64,000 nt of DNA from Candidatus Kuenenia stuttgartensis (GCA_945860915.1 CAMARR010000003.1:58535-122534); one strand, 5' to 3'. Counted from the first letter of the stretch, positions 1 through 9,152 are shown. Notes: generated from the letters alone by a model not told the origin. A program made the numbers and translations.

Positions 1-115
1 TTTTGCTGACTTGGCCATAGTGGAGGCATTATGCACGCAACAAGGACCCCTTCCATAGCCTAAACACAACATTGACGATTTTTTTGTTGCTGCGGGGCGG
101 TATATCATGTTCGAC

Positions 116-1111
116 ATGCGTCTTCTAGCGAACGCGGTTCTCCTTCTCATTGGCTGCGCCGCAACCGCACCGAGCCTCTCCCGGAGTGCCATGATGTGGA
201 TTCCTCCGGGGACATTCATGATGGGTCAATCCGCGCCGGGAAGCCCAAATGAAGGTCCTGCACGACGTGTCACCCTTAGTGGATTCTGGATTGACATACA
301 TGAAGTGACCAATGCGGAATTCGGCCATTTCGTTCATGAAACTAGCTATATCACGGTTGCCGAAAGGCCGATTGACTGGGATGCACTCAAACTGCAGTTG
401 CCTAGAGGCACGCCAAAACCAGCCGATCTCCGCGCGGGCTCACTGGTGTTTCGCCCACCACCGGCACCTGTCGAGCTTGACGACCATTCCGCGTGGTGGC
501 ATTGGGTCGCCGGAGCCGACTGGCGGCACCCTGAGGGACCTGCTTCCAACTTGGACGGAAGAGCGAATCACCCTGTAGTCCATGTCGCTTTCGAGGATGC
601 GAAGGCTTTCAGTCGGTGGGCCGGGAGGCGGTTACCGACCGAAGCAGAATGGGAGTATGTCTCAAGTTTGGGAGGCGACGGCGGCGCATTCCCTTGGGGA
701 GACACGCCCGCGTCCGAGACAAAGCCAGTTGCAAACATATGGCAGGGGCGATTCCCCGATCGCAACTTGTGTTCCGATGGATACATAGGAACCTCACCTG
801 TGATGTCCTATCCGCCAAATCGATTGGGGCTGTTTGACCTGGCCGGGAACGTGTGGGAGTGGTGTGAAGACTGGTATCGCGCCGACACATATTCGATCCA
901 AGTAGGCCCACTCGTCGATCCAGCAGGACCGCCAAACTCATGGGATCCCCAAGAACCGACGATCCCGAAGCGCGTCGTGCGTGGCGGTTCGTTCTTATGC
1001 CACAAAGACTATTGCGAGGCCTACCGGACCACGGCACGTCGCGGGACGGCCGCGGACACAGGACTATCCCATACTGGATTCCGGTGCGCCGCGGACGGCC
1101 CCAAGCGGTAA
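116..1111 (+). CDS. Formylglycine-generating enzyme (FGE/SUMF1 family), probable lipoprotein
   Basis: F-x-MG, HEVTN, HPVVHV, RLPTEAEWEY, GNVWEW and RGGSFLCHKDYC...GFRC motifs; hydrophobic N-terminus ending LIGC. ORF-track start is 107; ATG 116 preferred (TATCAT box 7 nt upstream). Confidence 0.9.
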   Translation: MRLLANAVLLLIGCAATAPSLSRSAMMWIPPGTFMMGQSAPGSPNEGPARRVTLSGFWIDIHEVTNAEFGHFVHETSYITVAERPIDWDALKLQLPRGTPKPADLRAGSLVFRPPPAPVELDDHSAWWHWVAGADWRHPEGPASNLDGRANHPVVHVAFEDAKAFSRWAGRRLPTEAEWEYVSSLGGDGGAFPWGDTPASETKPVANIWQGRFPDRNLCSDGYIGTSPVMSYPPNRLGLFDLAGNVWEWCEDWYRADTYSIQVGPLVDPAGPPNSWDPQEPTIPKRVVRGGSFLCHKDYCEAYRTTARRGTAADTGLSHTGFRCAADGPKR

Positions 1112-1118
1112 CGATCTG

Positions 1119-1934
1119 CTAATTCGCGCCGCGAGCCTTGGCTCCAGGCGTAAACGTCTCGCCCTTCTGAGCCGCCTCGTAATACATCATCGCCTCGGGC
1201 ATCCACGAGTTAAGCTGCGCGATGCGTGTCCCATCCGCGGGGTGGGTTGACAAAAACTCCGGATGCGCCTTGGCTCCTGACGCTGCCTGCATCCGCTCCC
1301 AAAACTTCGGGGCCTCTCGCGGATCGAACCCTGCCTTGGCCATCAGGATCAATCCGATGTGATCCGCTTCGGTTTCATGCTCTCGAGAGAAGGGCAGCAG
1401 AACTCCGAGTTGGACACCGAGACCGATTGCGGCTGCGACCTCCCCACGATTCTCGGGGGCCTTGTTGCTCAACCACTCAGAGGCTGCGGCGATACCAGCC
1501 TCCGCCAAAGCGGCTTGAGTCACCCGTTCCCCACCATGGCGTGCGATTGCGTGTCCGATTTCGTGTCCCATCACTACTGCCACGCCGTTCTCATCCTTAC
1601 AGATCGGCATGATGCCCTCGTAGAAGGCAACCTTGCCACCGGGAAGACAGAAGGCGTTGACGTCCTTGGACTTCAGCAGAGCAAACTCCCACTTGAAGTC
1701 TGCTCGATTTGCAACAGTTGCGATACGACGCCCAACTTTCTCGACCACCGCAGCCCGTGCACTGTCCGTCGATCGCGGCTGCTCAGTCAAGACTTGCTTA
1801 TAGGCATCGAGGCCAATCGCGGCTTCCTCCGCTTCACTAACGAGGATCAGCTGACTTCGCCCGGTGTAAGGAGCGGTCATGCACGCAGCGAACAACAGGC
1901 ATCCAACGATCCACTTTTTTGAATTACGAAACAT
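1119..1934 (-). CDS. M48 family zinc metallopeptidase, lipoprotein
   Basis: NAFCLPGG, HEIGH zinc motif, FSREHETEAD, STHP; lipobox-like FAAC; GGAGG upstream. Confidence 0.92.
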   Translation of the reverse strand: MFRNSKKWIVGCLLFAACMTAPYTGRSQLILVSEAEEAAIGLDAYKQVLTEQPRSTDSARAAVVEKVGRRIATVANRADFKWEFALLKSKDVNAFCLPGGKVAFYEGIMPICKDENGVAVVMGHEIGHAIARHGGERVTQAALAEAGIAAASEWLSNKAPENRGEVAAAIGLGVQLGVLLPFSREHETEADHIGLILMAKAGFDPREAPKFWERMQAASGAKAHPEFLSTHPADGTRIAQLNSWMPEAMMYYEAAQKGETFTPGAKARGAN

Positions 1935-1983
1935 CGATGCGTCCTCCCTACCTCGTTGCGACCGCTGGGCTCAGAGGTCGAGT

Positions 1984-2775
1984 TTACTTGCCAAGCCCGT
2001 CAAACACGCCCTTGAGCGCGTCCGCTCCGCCCTTGAGGCCTTCGAGTGCTTTCTTGGCTCCATCGTTAAGAACGCCCCCCAAGCCATCGGCCGCCGACTG
2101 TAAGCCCTTCGCGAGGTCTCCAGGAATGGCGCCTCCAAACGACGCAACGCTGCTCAGAATTCCTTGTAAGACTTCGCCGATCACCTCTGAAGGTGGCGCA
2201 GCCTTTTCGGAAGAACCGATGTCTTTTAGGCGGATCTCAGGGATCGTCACCGATGTTGAAAGAAGGTTCGCAGGGATGTCAGGCATCTCGAAGGAAACCT
2301 TCAAGTTCTTGAGAACCAGCTCCCGAATGACGAATCGCTTGCCGCCTTCTGCAGCAGGAGGGTTCTTCGTGTCGCTTGATGAAGATGCGCCCGCTCGCTC
2401 GGAGATGACCCCCCAATTCGATGAGCCACCTTTCTTGACAAGATGCAACTTAAGTCCGTCGACCTCGACTTTCGGAATCTCGACGACGTCACTCATCACG
2501 GAGCGCACCGAAACTTCGGTCGCCACACGGTCGATGACGAGAAAAGGAGTCGTCCCGAATTCGGGTGGCGATGCAATCGTGAGTCCATCGAGCGAGAGCG
2601 AGCCTCCCATCACTGAGATGTTCGCATCCCGCAACTCGACCGGCACACCGAGCACGGTCGAACCTGCCTTGGGTACACCCGCCTTAACCAAGCTGCCCGC
2701 TGACATTGCGAGCGCAATCACCGCCCCGACAAGTAGCACCACGACTACGATCGCCAGCTTGACAAGTTTCGACAT
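1984..2775 (-). CDS. AsmA-like N-terminally anchored protein
   Basis: N-terminal TM (LAIVVVVLLVGAVIAL), beta-rich AsmA-like body, amphipathic G/L/K tail. Start moved to ATG 2775, preceded by GGAGAAGG. Confidence 0.6.
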   Translation of the reverse strand: MSKLVKLAIVVVVLLVGAVIALAMSAGSLVKAGVPKAGSTVLGVPVELRDANISVMGGSLSLDGLTIASPPEFGTTPFLVIDRVATEVSVRSVMSDVVEIPKVEVDGLKLHLVKKGGSSNWGVISERAGASSSSDTKNPPAAEGGKRFVIRELVLKNLKVSFEMPDIPANLLSTSVTIPEIRLKDIGSSEKAAPPSEVIGEVLQGILSSVASFGGAIPGDLAKGLQSAADGLGGVLNDGAKKALEGLKGGADALKGVFDGLGK

Positions 2776-2835
2776 GATCCTTCTCCGCCCCATCCTGGGT
2801 CGCATCACACTACGGAATCTACAATGAAAATGCGA

Positions 2836-2863
2836 CCGCCCCACCTTGGAGAAGATGGGGCGG
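2836..2863 (-). terminator. Putative intrinsic terminator after the secreted-protein cluster
   Basis: Minus strand CCGCCCCATCTT-CTCC-AAGGTGGGGCGG (12-bp stem, one G-U), followed by a T-rich stretch (TCGCATTTTCATT). Confidence 0.55.
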
Positions 2864-2889
2864 CACGTCGGACACTCGAATTTGAGTGA

Positions 2890-4500
2890 TCAGAAGGTAT
2901 AGGTCACGATGTTGGACTGGGCGGATTGCCCGCCCGGCAGCATTTGGACCGACCTTGCTTGCACTGGCAACGTAAAGCCGATGGTTCCGGCCGGTAGCGT
3001 AAACGAATACGTTCCGGTTGGCGATGCCGTCGCCCACATTGGGGCGAGTCCGGGAGCATTGACGAGGTTAAGGAACGCCGTCGAATCCAGCCCGAAGAAA
3101 GGACCAGTGCCAGCCGGCGCCAATTGGACAAAGGACACAAGGTTGTAAAGCGGCTGGTTCGCCTGGGCGCCGGTGACCTGTAGGTTCAGTCCACCCGGTG
3201 CCGGTTCGTTCAGAATCAACGTGAATCGCGGCAGTTGGATAAAGACCTTGTAGCCCGTGCAGAGCCCATAGACCATGTCTTTAAAACCGTCGCCATTGAG
3301 GTCGACCGTCGCGATGTCGTGCGTACCAACCGTGTGGAAGTTCTGGAGATTCGTGCCATACGGGTCCGTCAATATCACCGAAGCCGTCGGTGTATTCTCG
3401 AGCAGGGTGGCGTGACGATTGCACCCGGGAACATCGACATCGGTGTCCGCCATCACGAGGTCGTTGTCGCCGTCATTGTCGATGTCGACAAGATAAGCGT
3501 TGCCCGCGAAATTGGCGGTTCCCGGCGAATATCCAGGAGCCCCCACCGTGCTGTTCAAGACCGTGGTCGTAAACGACAACGATTGGGAACCGTTTGGAGT
3601 CGTATTGAGCAAGTAGGCATCCTGCCCATCGCGGCCCTGGTAGATGTCGAGCTTGCCATCGTTGTTCAGATCGCCGACCTGCATGGTGTAGGTCGCAGCG
3701 GTCGGGGCGAGATACAGGTTCGGGAACACGCCTGAACCGTTGTTCAAGCGGATCTTCATCTGTCCGACGGTTCCGTCTGACTCAACGATGTCGTTGAATC
3801 CGTCGTTATTCATATCGACGATCGCCGCTTCTACAGAGAAGGTGGACGATGACCCGCCAGGAATGCGTGTGCTCGTCTGATCGACAAAGTGACCCGTGCC
3901 ATCGTTGATGAGGAGTCGATCTTCGAGCGTATTGTTGTAGTCGCCGAGATAAAGGTCGTTATCGCCATCGCCATCGAGGTCGCCGTGCGCCATGGAACAG
4001 AATCGGCCGCCCGGCGTGAATACCGGGATTCGGCTATTCTCAATTACGAGGCCCTGCCAGACTCCGCCAATCGCGCCCAAATTGCGGTAGTAGTGCGCCG
4101 GTTGGAAGTCCGTGTTGGCAATGACGACATCCTCCCAGCCATCGCCGTCGAAGTCCGCGGCAAGGACCGAACGCCCCAAGGACGGATTCGCGATGAAGCC
4201 AGGAGCGAATGTCGCCGTGAGGTCGGTCAAGACGCCGTTGACGTTCATGAGCAACATGTGCGTGCGGTTTCCGGCCCCATAGAAGCCTTCCTTGCGCACA
4301 TTCAGTAGATCCTGATCACCGTCGTGATCGATATCGATAAGCCAGAAGTCCTTTTCTTCAGGATCGGTTGTAGCGAGTCCGCCCGTCAAGGATAGGCGAG
4401 ATCCTGTTGAGTCCGAGAATTGGACCCACGCAGACTGAGCCAGAAGCGCCGGTGCGAGCGTTACGACGATCGCCGCGGCACGGATGAGTTGCTTACGCAT
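2890..4500 (-). CDS. Secreted FG-GAP/VCBS-repeat beta-propeller protein with orphan C-terminal domain
   Basis: Signal peptide ending ALLA|Q; about seven DxDxDGxxD repeats (DIDHDGDQD, DFDGDGWED, DLDGDGDND, DMNNDGFND, DLNNDGKLD, DIDNDGDND, DLNGDGFKD); ~110-aa tail ending SNIVTYTF. Confidence 0.85.
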   Translation of the reverse strand: MRKQLIRAAAIVVTLAPALLAQSAWVQFSDSTGSRLSLTGGLATTDPEEKDFWLIDIDHDGDQDLLNVRKEGFYGAGNRTHMLLMNVNGVLTDLTATFAPGFIANPSLGRSVLAADFDGDGWEDVVIANTDFQPAHYYRNLGAIGGVWQGLVIENSRIPVFTPGGRFCSMAHGDLDGDGDNDLYLGDYNNTLEDRLLINDGTGHFVDQTSTRIPGGSSSTFSVEAAIVDMNNDGFNDIVESDGTVGQMKIRLNNGSGVFPNLYLAPTAATYTMQVGDLNNDGKLDIYQGRDGQDAYLLNTTPNGSQSLSFTTTVLNSTVGAPGYSPGTANFAGNAYLVDIDNDGDNDLVMADTDVDVPGCNRHATLLENTPTASVILTDPYGTNLQNFHTVGTHDIATVDLNGDGFKDMVYGLCTGYKVFIQLPRFTLILNEPAPGGLNLQVTGAQANQPLYNLVSFVQLAPAGTGPFFGLDSTAFLNLVNAPGLAPMWATASPTGTYSFTLPAGTIGFTLPVQARSVQMLPGGQSAQSNIVTYTF

Positions 4501-4547
4501 CGAGATTTCTCCAAAAAAACAAGCCTGCGCGAAATGCGCCGCGCAGT

Positions 4548-5543
4548 TCAGAATGTGATGTTCGAAGCCGGTGTCACCTGCGACACCGCGCCACCAACGA
4601 TGGCAATGGCAATGTAATCAACGCTCAAGCCCGCGGGAATACCAAAGGGCCCGATTTGGAATACGCCCGCCCCGTCGAGATTGACATGCCAAGGGACCGT
4701 CCCTAGAGGGGACATGGCCTGCTCAAGCACCAACGAGTCGAAAGCGATTCCAAACAATGGCCCGCTCCCAGTCGGTAGCGAGAGATTCAGTGCCACGAGA
4801 TTGAAGACTTCTGCCCCGGGCAAAGCCGGTGCGTTGGTCTTCATGATCCAATTTCCCGGCCCAGACGGGAGGAATGAGAGAGAGAGCGGCGGAATCACCA
4901 CCGAGGACGACAAGGTGACTTTGTCCACATATCCAAATGACGGGACCGCGGTGTCGCCGCCGTTACCCACGTAGACGCGAAGTGTGATGGGTGTCGTCGT
5001 GGTAATCGTGGGGAAAAGCGTCACGAGATTCTGAGATAGAGTGATCTTCCCCGTGCAAGGACGATTGCTGCAAACCATGGTGGTTGGGAACGAACCGGCC
5101 GTCGTGTCGACCAAGTAAATCGTCTGGGTAGTTGCACCAACTGTCACCGTCACGGCCATGAAGTCGTTCCACGATGGGTCGCCCGGGTTCTCTCCGGTCG
5201 CGAACGCGACGTCAAGCGTGAGCAACGATCCCGCCGCTCCTATAGTGAACGTTGACTCGATCTTGCTCACGCCTGTGAACGCTGTGAGCGTTCCCATGAC
5301 GCTTGACGTCAGCCGCGTCCACTTGGCACCGTCACTTGGAAATCCAACGTCCGTTGCGCACGAGAGGTAAGGCAGGATCCGGGTAGCGCTGCCGCCCGTC
5401 GAAACGGAACTAGACCAACCCGCAGGCATAACTGTCCCGCCTGCCACCGCGGACTCGAATGAACCATTTTGAACTTGGCCCAATGCTGTGACGCACGAGG
5501 TCGCCGCCAGAATCGCGAGTTTGAACAACGACATAGGGATCAT
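4548..5543 (-). CDS. Secreted hypothetical protein (NGSFE beta-sandwich-like domain plus C-terminal domain)
   Basis: Start ATG 5543 overlaps the upstream TGA (ATGA); signal peptide ending TALG|Q; QNGSFE start typical of CBM-like/choice-of-anchor domains; tail ends SNITF. Confidence 0.75.
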   Translation of the reverse strand: MIPMSLFKLAILAATSCVTALGQVQNGSFESAVAGGTVMPAGWSSSVSTGGSATRILPYLSCATDVGFPSDGAKWTRLTSSVMGTLTAFTGVSKIESTFTIGAAGSLLTLDVAFATGENPGDPSWNDFMAVTVTVGATTQTIYLVDTTAGSFPTTMVCSNRPCTGKITLSQNLVTLFPTITTTTPITLRVYVGNGGDTAVPSFGYVDKVTLSSSVVIPPLSLSFLPSGPGNWIMKTNAPALPGAEVFNLVALNLSLPTGSGPLFGIAFDSLVLEQAMSPLGTVPWHVNLDGAGVFQIGPFGIPAGLSVDYIAIAIVGGAVSQVTPASNITF

Positions 5544-7195
5544 GGGGTATACGTGGTCACCAACAGTCCATTCGTTGTCGACACGAAGTCTGACACCGAA
5601 GGGTCTATGACAAGCCACTGGAAGAAAAGGGAAGCATCATTAACTGCCGGATCATAGGGGATTGGCAAGCCCACCGACGCAAATCCCGCACCCGGGACCC
5701 CAATTGGGCCAGAGAGCGTCATCGGGATCGAGAATAGGAACGGACTTGCAGGGTCAAGATTCAATGGAACCGTGTTGTACATAGTCCCAGGGAACGCAGG
5801 GGTATCGGCCATCACGAAGTACGCGGACGCGCCGCCGAGCGCTCCTGAGAGCCCGAGGCGGAACTGACCATTCCCGAGATTTGGGGTCAATGGAGACACG
5901 TGGGTCGGAGTGAATCCGCCAGACCCCATCTTGGCTGTCCCGTAGTTCGTGAAGTACGAGGGAGACTCCGAATTGAGGGTCGGCCGATCGAACGGGAACT
6001 GCCCCAACAGAACACGAGGATCTGTGAGCCCATTCTGAACGAAGTCGGCAATGGCGATGCGTTGCGAGTGGTTTAACGGAACCGGAACCATGCGCGGGTC
6101 AAGCGACGCTTGATTCGGAAAATCTCCGCCAAGAGAATAGAAGAGGACGACGTCCAACATCGTCTGCATTCCTCCATTGTGGAAGAACGGTGCTCGCAGT
6201 CCCGCATTGCGCAGCGACGGGACACGAAATGCATTGCGGTCCATCGGATTCAACGTCACGGCCTCGCGGCCTGCATCTTCGGTTCCGGGACGGACGCCGA
6301 TGTTCGCAAACGAGTGATCTGTGAAGAGCGGCGCGATGTGACACTGCGCGCAATTGGCAATTCCATTGAACAGATTCATGCCGAGGATCTGTTGCGGCGT
6401 AAGAGCCGTCAGATTGCCGTTCGTGAAGTCATCAAACGGAGTTCCGTCTGGGACCAGCGTGCGCTCATACGTCGCGATGGCCATGCCGATACGAGCGGCC
6501 GAGATGGTCGGCGTCCCGAACGCGGATTGAAACAATGCCGGATAGGTGGGGTATTGCACCAACGCGGCGGCCATGGCTGCTGGTAAGTTGCGAGCAAACT
6601 GAAGCGGAACTGCGGTAGCGAGCTTCGCGTTGAGGTCACCGAAGTTGCGCGACGAGCAAGCCATTTCAACGTTGGACAGGACTGGACCGACTGCCTGACT
6701 CTCGAGAGCGCCGCCCCATGGAATGACAACTTGGTTGGTCTCCGGATCGGTGAACGTTCCGCTCGCACGACCGTCCCAGAAGAGTTCGTCAGCCCACTGA
6801 ACGCCTATGAACGATGGAGACTTGCGCCCGGTTACTTGGGGCTTAGGAAAGAAGTAAGGATCGGGTGCGAATTCGCCGGTCGAGTTGCAATGAACAATCC
6901 CTCTCGATCCACGGATGTCGTCAGCTGAACCAAAGATTCCGTCTGGGCCCGGATGGATGTTGCCGGGAGTCGATGTTCTCGGGTCACCACCGCCGACGGC
7001 TGGTATGTGACACGTTCCGCACGCCGTCGAATTGTCGCTTGAAAGCTGCTCTTCCCAAAAGAGGATCTTGCCCAACATGGCCTTTTCAGCCGTGATGGGG
7101 TTCTGGGCCGACTGAGGGACCGGTGGCATCTGAGCCAACAGCGCACCCGAGACGACCGACAACGCAACAAAGGCCCTGTAGAGGGTCCGAATCAT
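5540..7195 (-). CDS. Di-heme cytochrome c peroxidase/MauG superfamily protein with C-terminal extension
   Basis: Two CxxCH motifs (CGTCH, CAQCH), FWDGRA, Q-x2-GP-x4-EM, VPSLRN...PFFHNG; signal peptide ending ALLA|Q. Confidence 0.9.
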   Translation of the reverse strand: MIRTLYRAFVALSVVSGALLAQMPPVPQSAQNPITAEKAMLGKILFWEEQLSSDNSTACGTCHIPAVGGGDPRTSTPGNIHPGPDGIFGSADDIRGSRGIVHCNSTGEFAPDPYFFPKPQVTGRKSPSFIGVQWADELFWDGRASGTFTDPETNQVVIPWGGALESQAVGPVLSNVEMACSSRNFGDLNAKLATAVPLQFARNLPAAMAAALVQYPTYPALFQSAFGTPTISAARIGMAIATYERTLVPDGTPFDDFTNGNLTALTPQQILGMNLFNGIANCAQCHIAPLFTDHSFANIGVRPGTEDAGREAVTLNPMDRNAFRVPSLRNAGLRAPFFHNGGMQTMLDVVLFYSLGGDFPNQASLDPRMVPVPLNHSQRIAIADFVQNGLTDPRVLLGQFPFDRPTLNSESPSYFTNYGTAKMGSGGFTPTHVSPLTPNLGNGQFRLGLSGALGGASAYFVMADTPAFPGTMYNTVPLNLDPASPFLFSIPMTLSGPIGVPGAGFASVGLPIPYDPAVNDASLFFQWLVIDPSVSDFVSTTNGLLVTTYTP

Positions 7196-7352
7196 GAGGC
7201 AACTCCAAAACGCGCCCGCGTTCAGATATGCGGAGTTTACCGCAGAGGTCGTCAGAATCCGAAGGTCTTTTATTGAGCGAGAGAATGTCTCAACGGAACG
7301 GCAGGAGGGAAGGACTCTTCCATTCGTCGCAGACGCTCAATTCGGGATAAAC

Positions 7353-8810
7353 CTACTGAAAGGTAAGGGTTTGCGATGGCGCGAGCCGAAGTTCGGACGG
7401 GCCAGCCCCAATTCCCTGCATGATGAGAGTCAGACTGAGCAGAGCTGGGTCATACGGAATCGGGATTCCGATTTGCACCTCTCCAGATGGGCCCATCGGT
7501 ATCCCGGAGAAGAGCTCGACATAGGTCCCTGGCAGAGGATCAAAACTCAGAACACCATACGGAGCCACAGAGATGGCAGCCGGTATCGCGCCAACATATA
7601 CCGAAACTAAATTGGCCGGAGACGACTCGATGACGAGGTTCGCGGTTTGCCCAATCAAGAGTGGAACCGATGTGAACTGCGCCGAGGTCCCCTTCAGAAA
7701 CGCGATCGCTCGCGGACTGCCGATGTCAAACGCTGCCGCTGTGTCCGTATACACGTCCACTTTCTCTCCGACATCCTGAGCATCGCCATCGTTGTTTACG
7801 TCTCGCATGAAATAGATGCGATCCGGGGTGGTGTCCTCAACAACCGCAATCAGGCCGTCCCCTATGGCGCAGGTCCACATGCTCGACGGCGCTCCGACAG
7901 TAAAGAAAGTCGATTCCTCCGTGCCTAACGAAATCAGATTATTGCTGTCGATGTCGCGTGCCTTCAGCACCCGCTCAAAGCTCGTATCCGTCACAAACGT
8001 GGTTCCATCTCGATCCACGGCTAGGCCATACATGATCGTCGCAGCGGCCGATGGGGGTGAATACCAAAGTGTAATCTCGCCGGGGTCGTTGCAGTGTCCG
8101 TTTGGGATGACATCGTCGTGAAGACGCCAAACGCCACGGGGAATTGCGCCCACAGCACTTTGGCTCCCAGTCTCGGTATAGAGGATGCTTCCGTCGGGCA
8201 GAATCCCTAGATTCGTTGGGACAGAAGCGCCAATCGAAGCGTTCGTAAACGTGGCGTAGATGGTGCACTCTCCTGCGTCAAGTGCATCGCCATCGTTGTT
8301 GAGGTCGACGAACTTCAAGATGTCGTCGAATCCCGCGCCAGCCGCCGACGAATTGAAGTTGGCGACATATACCGCGCCGTCCAACGAGACGACCATCCCG
8401 TAGATGCTCGGTGCAGGCACTGGCGTTGCTGAAAGACTCGGCGTGTACCAGACCCTCGCTTCACCTAAGCCCATGCAATCGCCGTTTCCATCGAGATCTT
8501 CAAGCCTGAGAATCGCATCCGCGGTTGCGTCAGCGACAAAGACCACGTTGCGACGATCGACAGCGATGGCCGTCGGAAATCCGAGTGTGACCGTCCCCAC
8601 GACGCCTTGAACATAGACGGTGACTTCGCCCGCATCGTTGAGGTCGCCGTCGAGGTTGAGGTCCGCAAGTCGGAGCACTCTTCCTATCCCCGTATCGGTG
8701 ACCAGTAAGTCGCCTGCGTGCGTGAAGGGGGTCATCGCGGGGGGTACTTGGGCAAAGATGGCCGGCGCCAACGTAAGGGCGGCTCCGAACAAGGAAGCGA
8801 TGTGATTCAC
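7353..8810 (-). CDS. Secreted six-repeat beta-propeller-like protein with C-terminal domain
   Basis: GTG start 8810 with GGAG upstream; signal peptide ending AIFA|Q; six D-x-N-x-DGD-x2-D-x-GE-type repeats; tail contains GIPIPYDPA. Confidence 0.75.
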   Translation of the reverse strand: MNHIASLFGAALTLAPAIFAQVPPAMTPFTHAGDLLVTDTGIGRVLRLADLNLDGDLNDAGEVTVYVQGVVGTVTLGFPTAIAVDRRNVVFVADATADAILRLEDLDGNGDCMGLGEARVWYTPSLSATPVPAPSIYGMVVSLDGAVYVANFNSSAAGAGFDDILKFVDLNNDGDALDAGECTIYATFTNASIGASVPTNLGILPDGSILYTETGSQSAVGAIPRGVWRLHDDVIPNGHCNDPGEITLWYSPPSAAATIMYGLAVDRDGTTFVTDTSFERVLKARDIDSNNLISLGTEESTFFTVGAPSSMWTCAIGDGLIAVVEDTTPDRIYFMRDVNNDGDAQDVGEKVDVYTDTAAAFDIGSPRAIAFLKGTSAQFTSVPLLIGQTANLVIESSPANLVSVYVGAIPAAISVAPYGVLSFDPLPGTYVELFSGIPMGPSGEVQIGIPIPYDPALLSLTLIMQGIGAGPSELRLAPSQTLTFQ

Positions 8811-8960
8811 CGAGAAACTCCAAATTGGGTCGAGGCCTGCGAAAAAGTGGCTCGGTAATCGCGTGCAGCGACCACCCATGCGCCGATCGCGCGTCAGAGT
8901 AGATTAGCGATCCGGCAGTCCGACTTGAACGGAATGCGCGTCGTTTTGAAAGACCATTTC

Positions 8961-8977
8961 CGTGACAATTCGTCACG
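8961..8977. promoter_or_regulatory. Inverted repeat CGTGAC-N5-GTCACG, possible transcription-factor site
   Basis: Perfect 6-bp arms in the intergenic region upstream of the secreted-protein cluster. Confidence 0.25.
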
Positions 8978-9020
8978 ATTCGACATTTTGGCTCAGGAAT
9001 TCTCGAAGAAACCGCCGATC

Positions 9021-9122
9021 AGTCCGGGTGCCGATCGGCGCAAGTTCCTTCTCGCAGGGGAATCCCGTGCAGGGTGTACGGGATGAGGGGAGCAGGCGCC
9101 GATCGCATTTTGTACCTGGGCT
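9021..9122 (+). ncRNA. Candidate structured RNA (long imperfect hairpin), family unknown
   Basis: Four stacked helices: 9021-9031/9112-9122, 9032-9041/9096-9105, 9044-9053/9085-9093, 9062-9070/9076-9084. Several G-U pairs form only on the + strand. Confidence 0.4.
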
Positions 9123-9152
9123 CGACGCCATCAGCAGGCACGAGGCCCGCCG

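Noticed and set aside
1-18. Possible start of a minus-strand gene (ATG at 18, MAKSAK...) leaving the window
   Set aside because: Only six codons are visible; it cannot be supported.
1919-2827. 302-aa + strand ORF
   Set aside because: Antisense shadow of the AsmA-like gene; Ser/Pro/Thr-rich with no motifs.
9021-9130. tRNA, tmRNA or SRP identity for the hairpin (ends ...GACGCCA; contains CAGG and AGCA)
   Set aside because: No TTCRA T-arm or cloverleaf, and the CAGG-AGCA spacing has no GNRA loop as in SRP helix 8.
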